Below, piece after piece: positions 1-14,200 of a stretch of 64,000 nucleotides of DNA. Below the pieces are notes generated by a model. It saw nothing but the letters and a program-made list of their open reading frames with translations, was not told where the DNA came from and ran no database searches. The translations under genes and the position numbers were made by a program. Within the stretch, counting starts at the first letter, position 1. Every line of letters begins with the position of its first letter. The stretch comes from Lama guanicoe (Eukaryota), in assembly GCA_013239625.1 (NCBI GenBank), contig MU053561.1:64826-128825 (forward strand). The letters run 5' to 3'.

Positions 1-329
1 GAAGAAGGAAGATGTCTAACATGCCTTTCTTATACTTAGAATGCTTGCAGTCCAGTTGAGAAGAACAAAACTTCAAGATATGGATTTAAAATGCCAAAGG
101 TGATCCCTGATGAGGAAGTTCAGATACAGCCTAACCAGGGAAGGTTGAATGTGTGAGAAAGATACACAAGGGTAGAGAAGGTCACTGTAGATGAGGAAGT
201 ATGGTATTAAGATAGAAGTTGCCATACAATCCAAATGTACGAACGCCATTCAGTAGCTCGCTTACTTTAAGCATAAATATTTGATCTAGCAAAATTTTAG
301 AATAACTTTCAAAATTTCATGCATTGATT

Positions 330-742
330 GATAAATGGATAAACAAAATGTGGTATATCCATAAAATAGAATGTCATTTAGCCATAAAAAGGAATGATAC
401 AACATGGGTGAACCTTGAAAACATTATGCCAAGTGAAAGAAGTCAGACACAAAGAACCACACACTGGTTGATTCCACTTATATGAAATGTCCAGAATAGG
501 TAAATCCACAGAGAAATAAAGTAGACTGGTGGTTGACTAGGGCTGGGGGGTGGGAGGTAGGGGAATTGGGGAGTGATGGTTAATGGGCTGGGGGTATCGT
601 TTTGGAGTGATTAAAAAATTGATTGCTGTGCTATTTTCACAACTCTGTGGCTGTTCTAGAAACACTGATGTGTACATTGAATTGTATACTTTAAGTGAAT
701 GAATTACATTGCTATGTGAATTTTATTTCAGTTGTTATTAAA
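330..742 (+). mobile_element. L1M 3' end fragment
   Basis: gataaatggataaacaaaatgtggtatatcc...aaccttgaaaacattatgccaagtgaaagaagtcagacac. Confidence 0.8.
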
Positions 743-1599
743 AATGTTTCAAAAAGTGCTAGGAAGTCATGGTAGTTATAATTAAATGATGCCAAGTATT
801 TGTTATGTATTGAACATCACACATGCAATTAGAACAATGTCTAGCACATAAGGAACATCATTATTGTATCTGAACTAGAGAGCAAAACAATACATTGTCT
901 TCAAGCGTCTCTAACAGAGATTAACACGGGATATTGCAGAATCTCTTTCCAATCCTGCCCTTCCTCTCCATCCCTGATGGTTACCACCCAAGGTGGGACT
1001 CACTTCTTCCTTCTCACTGGGATCAGAGTAAACAGTCTCAGAACTGGTCTCCCCAACCCCTGTCTCTCCACCATGTAAATCCTTCCCAGAGAAATCTCTG
1101 ATTATTTTACTCCCTTTACTCAAAAAGCTTCTAACGGTTTTTAACAGCACAGCCACTGAATTTTACACAACTCAGCTTGAGAATGGAGCCTATTCAAATT
1201 TGACCTCAGCCCACCCATCCAGCTCTATCTCCTGTCACGTGCCACCAGCCTAACTGGGATTTCCCACATGCGTCCTAGGTTTTCCAGGTGCTGTGTCACT
1301 GTTCTCCTTCGCTTTCACCACTAAAGGCCAAATCCCTTGTGAAGCCTCACTTTATCTCTCCCACTAAAAGTCATTTCTTATGCCTCTGATTTTTCATATC
1401 ATTCTTTTTGTACTTCAATATTGACACACGTTTTATGCCAAGTATTTCTGTGTTTTTACCTTCTTCAGTGACAGATTCCCTTGGGACAGAGGCAAATGGC
1501 AGTGTGGTAGAACTATCTGGAGGTGCTGGTTGTCAGCTTATGCCTTTCAGCTTTGTGATGCTGGGACGTGGGTTTCAGGACAGGCAGACCTAGAAAGGT

Positions 1600-1790
1600 A
1601 GATATCCCTTTCTGCCACTTACTAGCTGGGTGACCTATTTTGTGTAAGTTACCTAATCTCTAAGAACCTAATTTCCTCATCTATAAAATGGGGTTAGAAG
1701 ATTTACCTTGAGGGTTGTAGTGAGGGGTAAGTGAAATAAGGTAGGTAAAGAACCCAGCGCCGTGCTGAATTCAAATATCCAGTAGCTGTG
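1600..1790 (+). mobile_element. MIR
   Basis: tctgccacttactagctgggtgacc...tttcctcatctataaaatgggg. Confidence 0.7.
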
Positions 1791-2026
1791 ACTAACTGGA
1801 GGCCCCCACGGCGTTTTGCAACTGTGTGTAGTAAATGCACTGAATGAGTGAACCAACCAACCAACCAACTGGAACAGATGAATACAGGCAGAAGTACCAT
1901 CACAACATGTGCATGGAATAAAAAGGGGACTGGTTCAGTTCAAACATCCCCAGCTCCAGGAAAACTTGCCCCCCGTCAGAATTTAAACATTTCTTTCTCT
2001 TCACTCTCACTGAATTTGTTTATAAC

Positions 2027-2149
2027 TAAGATGACTGTAATTTAGCATCCATACTGGGACTCTTCTGAAAGTGAAAAGGGTGCTATCATGAAACCAGGAC
2101 AGCAGGCAAAATCAGGACCATCCCAAGTAAACAGGCGCTCGGTCATCTG
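2027..2149. mobile_element. MER81-like hAT MITE
   Basis: catccatactgggactcttctgaaagtgaaaagggtgctat...caggaccatcccaagtaaaca. Confidence 0.6.
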
Positions 2150-2344
2150 ATACATGTCTCTAGTACAGCACTCACTTCACTCTGCTTTGATTAGTTATTT
2201 AAAGTGTCTGGTTCCCCTTCTAGGTTTTAATATCTGGAAAAGTACTTTGCCCTCAGTAGCTCTCAGTATATGTTTATGGAACAAACAGTTTATCATCTGT
2301 CCTGAGTTGCTAACTTACATTTTTGTTTTGTATTTAACTTCAAG

Positions 2345-2365
2345 TGTGTGTGTGTGTGTGTGTGT
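2345..2365. repeat. (GT)n microsatellite
   Basis: Read directly from the sequence. Confidence 0.9.
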
Positions 2366-2811
2366 TTCAACGAATCTTCAAGCTTTCTGAGGACAGGGAT
2401 TATGTTTTATTTTATATCTCTCATAGTGTGCGTCTAGGGTAAGAGAAGACACTCAAGAAAAAAAAAAAGAAAGAAAAGCAGCAGGCTGACAGCATTCCAG
2501 CACACACTCGCTGATAACATCAGTGAGGGAACTATGTATTGAAGGTTAAAGCGTGCCAGAACCAAAGTGCTTTTCAGTGCGATAAGAGGTGAATTAGGGT
2601 CAGTGAGTGAAGGAAATGAGTACTTCTCCTTTGTAAGACAGGAAATAAGCCAAGAGAAGCTGGCCTTCACAGAAGAGTTTTTATTTGGGACAAAAATAAA
2701 TATGGCCAGATCTCACTCAAAATCAATTCTGTAAACTACAGGAATTCAAAAAGAAATAGTTTAATAAGCATCTCAAAATCTTGTGAGCAGGTCCTCTTAG
2801 AATTCCTGATT

Positions 2812-2933
2812 TTTAAAAAGTTTTTTGGGGTGGGGGAGGTAATTAGGTTTATTTATTTCAGTACCGGGGATTGAACCCACGACCTTGTGCATGCTAGGCA
2901 TGCACTCTACCACTGAGTTATACTCTCCCTGCT
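2812..2933 (-). mobile_element. tRNA-Ala-derived SINE (vic-1-like)
   Basis: A/B-box tRNA head on the minus strand, A-rich tail, TSD aattcctgatt (2801-2811 and 2934-2944). Confidence 0.85.
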
Positions 2934-3993
2934 AATTCCTGATTATTAACCCAAGGTGAAGAGTAACTCTTAGTAGATGAGTTTTATTTTTAAATATTTT
3001 CTTTTTAGAACCACATTCCTTCTAGGGAAAGTGTAGTTCACAAATATTTTTTGTACACGGTGAATTTCCTTTCCAGATTTCTCTATAGCCATAGCCCTAT
3101 AAAACAGGGTGAAGTACCGAGTATTTTCATAAGGGGTTCTACCTGTCCCGACCAAGGGTCAAGGGACTGGATCCCACCACAAGCCCTAGAAACACATTTT
3201 AGTAGCTTTCAAACGAGTTCTTTCGTAGATGAGGTTTCATTCCATGCACCTAGCTTTAAAGCAAAAATAGAACCCTAGAGGGTCTAAATACTTGGCCCTG
3301 TCATTAACTGTGCAACTTTAGACAAGTCACCCCCAGAGCTAAAAGTTTTTATACTCAATTAATTTGAATCAGAGCCTCTTCCTCTTGCCCATAAGAATTG
3401 TAATACCACCTGCATCATTTCATCATCTGATGTGAGACACCTAGCCAGAAGGCGTTCAAACGCAAATCATTAAAGTCCTTAGACCCTCAGGTGGAGGAAA
3501 GGCTGTATTCAGAGGTGTAATTCCTGCCCTCCTAAGGATTCCAGGTTCACTGTCTTCTGCTAGGGTGGTTAAGCCCCAAATCAGACACACAGGTTGCCCC
3601 AACATGTGACAAGTGTGGTTCATTTGCCAGGGAAAGGACAGTAGGGCAGTGTCCTCAGCCTCAGTAACCAGAAGACTACAAGGCGGGGCACTCTCCTGCC
3701 AGAGGCTGCTTTAGTGTCCCGTCCGCCGAAGACATGGAAAAACACCAAGTGGAAAAGTTTCAGTTTATACAATACAAAATACAAGAGTCTACATCCAAAT
3801 GGCAGAACTCCTCCGTCCAGGTCACTCTTTCAAGCCCAACCCACTTGGGTCCTTAGTAGAGGCCCAAAAATAACACCAATCCCTTCCCAGCCCAGTTTAC
3901 CTTTAGACAAACACAGACAGCCACCTCTGAGTAAGCACCGAGGCTGTGAAGGAGTCCTAAGGGGATCAGGTATTTGGACAGACACAGCCAGGG

Positions 3994-3996
<3 letters not shown>

Positions 3997-4035
<39 letters not shown>
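3997..4035. repeat. (GT)n microsatellite, about 19 units
   Basis: Read directly from the sequence. Confidence 0.95.
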
Positions 4036-4036
<1 letters not shown>

Positions 4037-4524
4037 CTGTGGCAGAGACAGAGACAGAAAGGGCGCTCACTGGCAGAGAACAGGGTAGCTAGCTTATGAG
4101 ATGGTATCTTTTGTTTCTGTGCTTGTTTTTTTAATGCAATATTTACTGAGCATCTACTCTAATAGGCAATACAAAGAGCAAAGCAGGCACAGTCATGGTC
4201 TTCAGGGAATTTACAGCCTATGGGGACCATTAAACAGATAATTATAGTAGAGTGTGATAAACAGAAGAGACCCAGAATCAAGAAGCTGGGATGGAAATGC
4301 ACACAGGTGGCAGCCAGAAATAGCCACAGACGTACAAATCAGTGCAGGTCCCTCCCGTTAACTCCTGGCTTTCGCCGCCAAGGAAACATCCCTGGACCTG
4401 ACTCAGGATAAGTCATACCTTAAGTGGCCCTTCTTCTCAGCTCCCTGGTTCTCATCTTTTAGGGGCAAAGGATATAATCTGAAACTACAGAGCTGCCAAG
4501 GGAAAATAAAGAACCTGGTACTTA

Positions 4525-4818
4525 GGGCAGTGTATGGTATGATGCGAAGAGTATAGACTTTAGAACTAAACTGGCCTGGGTTCAAACACTCTCTCACGTT
4601 CTATTAGGTTGAAACACGAAAATGCAGATAGTCAACCATTTTTTTTTTACAGTTTCACATAGTCCCATATAGTTCATCCTCTGTATTCTAGAAGTAAATC
4701 ACTTAACCTAAGTGGTAGTTCCTTCAGGTGCTAACATCACTACCTTTCAGGGATATTGTGAAAATTACATAAAAAGGTGTAAGTGAAAATACCTGAGCTA
4801 TAGTAGGTGTTCAGTAAA
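4525..4818 (+). mobile_element. MIR interrupted by a MER53-like MITE (about 4602-4680)
   Basis: MIR head gcctgggttcaaac; insert tattaggttgaaac...atatagttcatcct; MIR-like tail resumes afterwards. Confidence 0.5.
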
Positions 4819-5977
4819 CCTTAGTTTCCCCAAAGGTAGTAAGATGTGTGAACCATATGGAGAGAGAGAGAGAGATTTCTTGGCAACTTTGAGTTTAGGA
4901 AACCAAGAAAGATTAAAATGAGTTGAATGATAAAAATGATAGGTTAAAATCTTCGATTTTGATGGTGGGGGTGCTGTGTGTTGGGAGGGGGCATATGAGA
5001 AATCACGGTACCTTCTGTTCAATTTTGCCGTGAACCTAAAACCGCCCCCCCCCAAATAAAGTCCATTTTAAAATATGGGGGAAAAGATAAGGTGTCTTGG
5101 GCATGCTTTATTTAGACTCTGACCTCAGAGGTCCCAATATACTCGTGGCCTTGGTGTTCACACTGATCTCCAACTTAAACCCTGCTCAGTCACTCTGCTA
5201 AAATCTTGTCAGGCCCCAGAAGCCTCTGTGGCTCGGGCCCCAATGAGCTGGCAAGTGAGAAAAAACCCATATCAGCACCAGTGATCTCAGTGGCCCTCCC
5301 CGCTCCCCACACATTCCTGAGCAGGACGACCTCTCTCACTTGGCTGGAGCCTCTCAGTCCACAAATAGGCCTGGCTGGGCTTAACTTAGCAAAGCGCAGG
5401 CCTGGAGCGCCGGCAATCCCGGGACACCTTGTGTGGAGACCTGGCCCCGCTGAAGGGACCGAAAGGGACGCTCGGAATGATCTGTGTCCCTCGGCTACTG
5501 AGAAGTTGGAGTGCAGGGGAACCATCCCGCGCTCCGTAACCTCCCTTTGGGCAGCAGGTGTAGAACTGGGATAAGGGAAAACTTACTTTGGAGTTTAAAA
5601 TTATAAAAATGTTATATTAATTTTACTACAGATAAACTGGTCCACAGGAAACTGAAGGCTGCCTACTCAGTATTTTAAAATTATCTGTGGCATCTAACAT
5701 GATCTGACATTTGTCCCCAAATTCAGCTCTCGATTCTGGATTGATGCTTGTATTGATTTAGTCTCCAAAAAGAATAAAGCCACTCACTGGTGTCCTGCAA
5801 AGTCAAGGACGGTTTTTCTTACACCGAAGCTTACACTACAATATGGAATCCGAGTTCTAACACCTGGCAGTCACTCCTCCCTTGGAAGCCTCACTGTGTC
5901 CTATGACCAGGCAACTCTTCTGAAATTATACCTCTGCTTGAGACTAGGGACGGCACTTCGACCATAGACTCTAAGCT

Positions 5978-6274
5978 TTGTCGTCCAGGAGGGCAGCCAC
6001 GAGCCACACGTGGCTCAGACCCTTAAGGTGTGACTATCTGAAATGAGATGTGCTGTAAAGATTTCAAAGACTTAATACGCATTGGATTGCAAAGACTAAA
6101 CACAATGAAAAAATATTAAAATCTTAATAATTTTTAATATTGATTTCATGTTGAAATGATATTTAAAATTAATCATTAGCATTAATTTCATGTTACTTTT
6201 TACTTTTAACATGGCCACTAGAAAATTTTAAATTATACCTGTGGCTCATATGATATTTCTGTTGGACAGTGCTG
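5978..6274 (-). mobile_element. MER33-like hAT-Charlie element
   Basis: gagccacacgtggct...tgagatgtgctgtaa...catggccactagaaaatttta...gttggacagtgctg. Confidence 0.75.
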
Positions 6275-6390
6275 CTCTACAAGATGTTAGAAAAAAGATG
6301 TACTAGGTTTAGGTACATTATGTGAAGACATGCCCTGACTTGCATCACAATTAATCCCGTGGTATAAGAGCATCTTTACGAGTTTTATGG

Positions 6391-6546
6391 GGGGAGGGTA
6401 TAGCTCAGTGGTAGAGTGCATGCCTGGCATGCATGAAGTCCTAGGTTCAATCCCCAGTGCTGCCATTACAATAAATAAATAAGCAAACAAACAAACAGAT
6501 AAATAAACAAACCTAACCTCCCCCCATGAAAAATTTTTTGGAAAAA
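6391..6546 (+). mobile_element. tRNA-Ala-derived SINE (vic-1-like)
   Basis: ggggagggtatagctcagtggtagagtgc...ggttcaatcccc plus an A-rich tail; imperfect TSD ag(t/c)tttatgggg. Confidence 0.85.
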
Positions 6547-7559
6547 AGCTTTATGGGGTTATGACATTCACCAACCAACAAAACATAGAAGTAACTCTAG
6601 CTAACTGCAAGTGAAGCAAAACTACCTACGAGGTGATAACAGGCACGACACTGAAGAAGTCAGATCACAGAACTACTGAAACTATGTTCAGACACTAAAC
6701 TGCAAGTGTCAGGAGGGCAGGGAGCACTCTATCTTCTCCCTATTGTATCTCCATCGCTAGCACGGTGCCCATAGACAGCAGTACCCATACATGGAAGATA
6801 ATTATAAATTTATCAAATGAATGAGTGTTGTTAAAAATAAAGACACAACCTGCTCTTAAACAATTCTGTTAAGAATTTCTTCTTCATACACTTTTTTTCC
6901 TCAATTTGTTTGCTTGCCACTTCTGCTGACCCTTCTCCTGGAGTCTTCTCAGTTCCAGGAAGAGTTGGAGGTTCACCTGGCGTGCTCCAAAGCCAGCTTG
7001 TGGGCTCTCAGGTGGAGGAGACAGCAAAGGATGGAAAGGCTCTACAGATGAGCCTCGCCTGCAACTTCTAGGGTGTTTTGCAATTAACACAAACTTTCTG
7101 AGTTTCTATTATGGGCTCAACAATGTTGAAGATTATGTTGAAGGCTACAGAGAAAGTCTGAGATTAATTCAACCCATAAAGTGTTTATAATTTAGAAGGA
7201 GAGGTAAGAAATGTATACATGGAAAGCTGATTGCTAGCCAGGGATTATAGCCAGGGATTAAATACATGTGCCAAATAATGTATCTGAACTGTAATTGCTG
7301 GAAGAGAGCAGAGAGTAAAAGATGGTCTTAGGCAGTGGTGATGAGGAAAGGCTGACCTGAGCAAGTAGAATCTGAGTTGGACCCTGAAACCTGAGTAGGG
7401 CTGGAATAAGCAAAGAAAAAGGATACAGGTATTCCAGGTGTGAACAAGGATGTGTCAGCAGGGATCAGCACACATGAGGGAGTGACTCACTCTAGGAACA
7501 TGTTTGAAAATACACAGTGAGAGAATAAAGCTTGCTCCCTACTTCAAGAATATTGAAAT

Positions 7560-9620
7560 AACTAGAAGAAAACCCCGATAGTCTCCTACCATGGTATCTC
7601 TCCATCTACCAGTATCTGCACGCACATACTGTCTTTCCACTTGTGACCACAAATCAGCTCTCCATGCTCCTATCTAAAGCCACACCGTCTACTTAGGCAT
7701 TAGGTCTCCTTCTCTCTACTTCTCAAAAATAACATCCAGAAAGTCTCCCCTTCTGTCCTCTATCAATATTTCACTTTCTACTAGAAAAGTCTACTGGTAC
7801 ACAAACATGCTATTAGGCATCTATCTTTTAAAAACTCTTCTCTGGACTCCATACCCTTACCAGCTACTGCTCCATTTCTTTGCTCTCCTTCGCAACAAAA
7901 CTCAACATAATCAGTCACACTCATTGATTCCAATTTCTCTTCTCCATTTTTTGTCAAAGCTACTGCCATCAGGTTTCTGCCTCCAGCACTCCACCCAAAC
8001 TACTCTAATCAATCACTAATGACATTCATGGTGTTAAATCCAAAGGTCAGTTCTTAGTCATTGTATACCTGAGCCACCAGCAGCATTTCCAAAGGCTGAT
8101 CCCTCCCTCTGCTGTATTTTCTTTACTTGGCTTCTGGGAATCCAGACTATCTTGGTTTTCCTCTCACTTCATCGGCTGCCGCTTCTCCATCTTCTTTGCT
8201 AGTTCTTCCTCCTTCCCCCAAACTATTAATATTAGGGTGACCCAGGGCTGAGTCTTTGGTCCTTTTATCTCCCATCTTGGTAGGTCTAACTCTCTTTGTG
8301 ATCTAAACAGTCGCATGGCAATAAATACCATCTACACTCTGACCACTCCTGAATTTATATCTCCAGCACAACCCTTTCTCCATAACTTCAGACTTACACA
8401 CTCAACCACATACTTGGTATTGCCATTGGAAACGTCCAACAAATATCTCAAACACAAAACATCCAAAACTGAACTCCTACTCTCCACCCTCAAACCTGCT
8501 CTACAGATATAACCCTCCCTACCTCAGTTATGGCAACTCCATCCTTCCTGTTGCTTAGGCCAAAAACCCTGGCGTCTTCCCTGGTTCCTTTCTTCCTCTC
8601 ATATTCTATATCCAGTCCATTGCAATCTTGTTGGTGCTACCTTCATCACTTCTCCTCACATCAACTGCTGTTACCTAGTCTGATCACCATCATCTCTTAT
8701 GTGGGTCACCGCAATGGCTTCTACCCTGGCCTTTCTATAGCCTATTCTCTATACTGTAACCACAATGATCTTTTGAAAGTCAGACAGGACTGTCATTTTA
8801 AAATCACTCCTCTGCTCAAAACCCTTCAGTGGCTTTCCTTGTCACTCAAAAGTAAAAGCCGAAGTTTTAAAAATTATCTGCAAGGGCCTATGGCCAGCAA
8901 GGAGAGGCTCTAGAGCAAGTCAGCTAGCAAGACAGAGTCTTAAAACTTAACACAGTTGCAGGAGTGACATTCCGTCACCTTTGCCATATACTATTGGTTA
9001 AAAGCAAGTTACACATCCTGCCGTACCCAAGGGGAGGGGATTACACAAAGGCACGAACACTGGAAGGCAGGGATCATGGGCAGCCCAGTTAGAGTCTGTC
9101 CACCACGTGATCTGCCTGTATATTTTTGTAACTTTATTTTACAGATATGAGATGGGAAGGGAAGTAAGTAAACATGAGAAAGGCCAGTAGAAGAAGATTT
9201 ATTCCTGGGTGTTACCATCACAGCGTCTGTAGCCTTTCAGGCTGACCTGAGGCTATGAAAGCATCCCAGATTGGTGGTCTCTGTGTGGAGCTCCTCACTC
9301 ACCCTTTGCCCTTGGCTGTTTGCATTGCCATTTCCTTTACCGTCCTCCCCTGACCACTCTTCATGTTGCCCTCCACTCTTACACTTTTTGACCTCCTTGA
9401 CTCTGCTCTACTTTTTTTTTAACCCCTGCAAGAACTTATCACTTTCCAACATTCTATGTGTTGTTTAATATCTATTACTCATTATCTGTCTCCTTACGCT
9501 AGAACATAAATTCCATGAGGATAGGAATGCATATATATATATATATATTCCAAACCTCCAGTAACACCTCCAGTAATACCTGGAACATAGTAGGTACTCA
9601 ACAAATATTTTTAAATCAGT
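7560..9620 (+). mobile_element. L2 (LINE2) remnant with an MLT1 fragment inserted at about 8885-9105
   Basis: aaatccaaaggtcagttcttagtc..., tccaaaactgaactcct..., atcactcctctgctcaaaacccttcagtggct, and the 3' end catagtaggtactcaacaaatattt. Confidence 0.7.
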
Positions 9621-11525
9621 GAGGCCTAATGCTTAGATTTCAACTAGGATCAACCTATTTTTTATTCTCAGCAGAGACAGAGCATAGCTCATCACTGTCT
9701 GCCACATACAGCAACACTTCTAACATTTACTATTAGGTCACCTCTGAGTCTGTTCTCCCCCCCCCAAAAAAAATCCCAATTCCATTGCCCTTTTCTCAGA
9801 AGCCTCATTTTCTAATTTTTTAAGTGTGAATATTCCCCAATTTCCTCTGGATTCCCAGAATTCCAAACCAGACAGCACAGGCAGGGCAGCGCATGGGCAT
9901 AAGGGCAGCCCAGTTCCATTACATTCCACATGGCAGTTTGCACCTGTTTCCCAAGGACAATAAGGTCAATGCCACCTTTTAGGGCAGATACATCAGTGCG
10001 CCGCCTCTTCCTGCCACAACCGTGGTGAAAACCGCCACGAAGATGGTATCATTTTACTAGAGCTCTTTCTCCTCTCTTCAGTCAGACCTCAATACAATGT
10101 AGAGTTATTCACTACGAAAAACATCATTTGCATTTGAATGAGTGAGTAACTTTAGATTCTAAAGAATGTGCCAAGACTTTGCTTATTAACTGAAGAATTA
10201 GGCCATGTAGCTGCTAGGATGCCAGGTACACTCCCGGAGGCTATTAATGGCAAATCTGGTCCTATGAAAAATGGGCACAAGACACCAACTTCGCAGGGCT
10301 GTTATGTGGTTGGGATTAAATATGTGTAAAATGCAGAGTGTAGGGCCTGGCACACAGTAAACGCTAAATGGATTCCTTCCTCCATAGGGTTTAAGTGTGA
10401 AGCATTCAGCATTCATTTTCCATGTCTATGCACAAATTCAGGAAAAGGAGAAAGAGAACATGGGACAAAGAAGAACAGAAAAGGCCTAAGAGTGGGGAGA
10501 ACACTGATACCAAGAGATGGGACGAGACCTGGATCTAGAAACCTCTCCTGGAGGTTAAGTAGCCTAGACACAAAGGAATAATTCTCAGGCTGTTTTCCTC
10601 ATGACCATTCATTTTCCTCCATCTTCTATCAAGACCCTTGGGCACTGGTGACATTCTCTGACACCTTGAAGAAGTAGGGGAAGAGGAGGAAAGAGGAGAG
10701 AGAGAAATCATGGAGTTAGCACTGAGGGCCAAGGGAGGTTAGAGGAAGCCTTGGGGTGGAGTTCTGGTTCTAACTGACATCACCACCCTCCACCTGCAGC
10801 AACGCAGGCAAGACCCCTGAAGGGGCCTCCACATAACCAAGCTTTCCACAGGAGAAGGAAGGGACCTCTCTGCTGTCATGCCCAGCTTTATAGAGACTGG
10901 AGGGGACCAGTGACTCCTATCCTGACTGAGTTCTCTGAGGCTCCAAATGGTCTGGCAGGAATCTAGGCTTCTCCCATCCCAATCTCACAGCCTGGAAGGG
11001 ATGGGAGAGAAAGAACAAGAGTTAAAAGAGAGACTGTGCCCCACCTCTTAGGGATCTTCTCTGAGCCCCAGATGTCCACTACCTTCATTTGATTTCTGTG
11101 CCAGGAAGACCCTTGGATCCAGCTCTGGACTTGGGAGTTCCTGACTTTGGAGCAGAGTGATGACAATACAGCAAGTAACCGACTGAGCTGTGTCAGGTGG
11201 GCAGGACAAGGTTTATGTCTGCACTAAGCACACACCTAGCTTGACTGGAGAGAAGCTGGATGGGGGTTCTCATGGAATATGTCTTGGAGGGGCAGCCACC
11301 TCAGAGAGAAGCTCTGAAACCTCCCAAGGAAAAGTGACCTGGAAGGACTTGCTTACTCCTGGCCCTCAGCCTGTGCACAGACTCTCCTTTTGCAGTTCCA
11401 GGTCGTGGCCTTCATATTGGCAGCCACCCTCTACCCAGGGGACTCAGAGGAGGGCTTCCTCCTCAAGCCTCTATGCGGGCTAAGGCGCTGTGTGCCTACA
11501 GAGATGGCTTCCTGCCCTGCATGCC

Positions 11526-11549
11526 GGGGGGGGGGGGGGGGGGGGGGGG
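11526..11549 (+). repeat. G24 homopolymer
   Basis: 24 consecutive G followed by ttggggg. Confidence 0.95.
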
Positions 11550-13049
11550 TTGGGGGAGCTGGCATGAAAAGGCAGCCTGTGCCTTTCATTCACTCCCAAC
11601 CTCTTCAAGCCAAGTTTCCAAATAACAGGGATGATAACTGCCCAGTGCAGCCCAAAGTCTGTTCTAAAGTTGTTTGGCAAGAAGCCACCTGACTATGACT
11701 TATCTCTCCACAGAACGGCATGTACCAAGTCACATCACTGCCTTTTGGAGCGTGGGTGGATTAGCTGCTATTTAACATGATAGGCTGGGCCCCTTTCCAG
11801 TCTGCTCCAGCCCCTGCTCTGCACCTTCTCCGTGTATAACAGAGCCTCATTTCTCTGGGAAGTTGAACTTGCTCAGATGAGATGGCAAAGGCCAGAGCAG
11901 GAAGCAACACCCTCCTCCTGACAGCCCCCCTAAAACAAAAAGTTCCCAGTGACTTTTGGAAACATGTAATATGCAACTCCCAGGAAAAGGGTACGCAGGC
12001 TGGGGAACTAAATATTTTCTTTGGCAGCAGGCACAAGGTACAGAATCCTTTCTCTGTGAAATACTCTAGCTTCTGCTGTGTATAGTCTATTTTAGCCCAG
12101 GAGTATGAAGGAGAAGAAAGCCTAAACTTCTGACAAGCATGTAAATTCCTTGAACTTTTGTTGAAGACCAATGAAGTCATTGCAAGTGTCCAGATAGGAA
12201 GTAAGGCCTCCTGGATTCTACTTTCAACTTGACCATTCATTTGCTGTGTGTCCTTAGGTGAGTTAGTTTACCATTCTGGGCCTTAGTCGCCTTATCTTTA
12301 AAAGAAAGGGTTATTCATTAGGGAAAGGTGGGTGAATGGTATATAGGAACTCTCTATACCATCTTTGCAACTCTTCTGTATGTCTAAAGTTATTTTAAAA
12401 CAAAGGCTTTCTTAAGAAGTGAAGAGGGGATATAGATTATCTCCAAGATCCTCTCTAACTCTAACCGTGTTCTTATTTATCCTCCTTCAAGTGAAAGAAA
12501 GTCTCTTTCCAGCTATCTCATTATATATATGTATTAAAGTAGAATTTTGCCCCCCTCCTCCTACTGCAGACAAGATGCTAAGTAGCCCCAACACAAACCT
12601 ATTTTCTGCTTTTAACATATCCTATACCCTGGGCAAAAACTGAATTCTCCAAAAACACATTAAAACCACTCCATCCGTATCCTCTTTGTTCCTGCAAACA
12701 AATAAATTCACCAGTTGGGAAAAGCTGTTTCTGGCAGCCCATGCTTACAGAATCTCAGTTTTTCCCTAGCAACTGGGCTAATTATAACTCCAGCTACCTG
12801 GTAACAGCATTCGATTTTCCTGACATTGGCTGGTAGTTTGAAAGCCATCTCAGCTCTGCCGGCACCTCCTTTCCTGAGAAGGCATCAGAGGAGCTGTGAG
12901 ACAGGGAGAAGGGAAGCAACTGCCTAAGTCTGGGTGAGAGTAGCCCAAGGGGCTGCCCAGATTCACAGAACTGAAGAGCTGGGAGAGATGTGAGTGTCAA
13001 TCCTAGTCCAGCCCACCCATTTTATATATAAAGAACGAGAGGCCCCCAA

Positions 13050-14200
13050 AAAGTGACTTGCCTTGGCCAGGAACCTGGTAGTCTTTTCCATTACCTTCCC
13101 TCAGCCCCCCCATCCCATCAATCACCAAGAGCTACAGGTATTTTACCTTCTCAATATTTCACACATCGGCTCCCTCCCCACCATTCCTATTGCCCTGGCC
13201 CTTATTCAGGTCCTCACCATCTCCCGTTTGGCCTATCTCTTCTCCTGACTTCCTGCCTTATCCATCTTTCCCACCCACCAGAAGCAGTGTTTCCTGCTGC
13301 TGAAAGCCCATCAGTGGCTCCTTATCCTCCTCCGGATAAAGTCTTCACTCTTTCAAATGGCACAAAGGATTACGCCCTGCCTACTCTTCAGCCTAATTCT
13401 ATGCCTAGAACTTAAATCTAGCAACACAAAACCACTTAGACTTCTCCACACATACGATGTGGTTTCTTGTCTCTAAGCTCTTGCTTCTGGAAAAGGCTCT
13501 TTCTTTTCACCCCACCATCCACTGACTAATGCTTACTCCCCTTTGAAGACAAACTCAGGGGTCATCTCCTAAAGGAATCCTTTGTAGATTTTCCACCCAT
13601 CTACTCTGTTCAGTTGGGTTAGAGATGCCTCATTTGAGTTCCCTTATACCTTGTACAATCTCTATTCTTGCCTTCTACCATACTCTACCACTTGTGTCTT
13701 ACTCATCTTTGAAGCCCCAAATTCCAGAGAGTACTTGGAATATAGTAGGAACCCAGTTAATGTTTATTTATGAATGAGTGGATAAATCCAGATCTCCATG
13801 ATCTGTCCCTGCTTACCTTTGCAGTCATCTTACCACATCACAACCCGCGTTATCCCACATTCTAGTCATACTGAAAGACCTGAAGTGCACCCAGCACACA
13901 ATGCTTTTTCACCCTTTTGTGGCTTTGTAAATGCCACTTCTTCTGTCTGAAATGCTTTCCCGTATTCTTTGTTCTGTTATTACTTTTTAAGATTCAATTC
14001 AAACTTCATATGCTTAGCAAAGCCTTTCCCGGTAGATTTCATTGTTCTCCTGAGTACTACAGAGCAGTCTGTACATGCCTCTATGGAGTCCTTCTTACAC
14101 TATTTTTATTTATTTGTTGATAACTCCACCAGCATCGAGCACAGTAGCTGGCATACAGTAGTCAAGAGATGTTTGAATTAATAAATGCATGTGTACAGAC
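13050..14200 (+). mobile_element. L2 remnants
   Basis: Degenerate L2 body with two L2-type 3' ends (atagtaggaacccagttaatgttt; catacagtagtcaagagatgtttgaattaataaatg). Confidence 0.55.

Noticed and set aside
6391..6465. tRNA-Ala gene calls (here and at about ten similar loci)
   Set aside because: Divergent stems, A-rich tails and TSDs identify them as SINE copies.
11761..12240. 159-aa minus-strand ORF
   Set aside because: Begins in a MIR-like repeat, has no similarity to myomegalin or other families I recognise, and has no convincing splice context.
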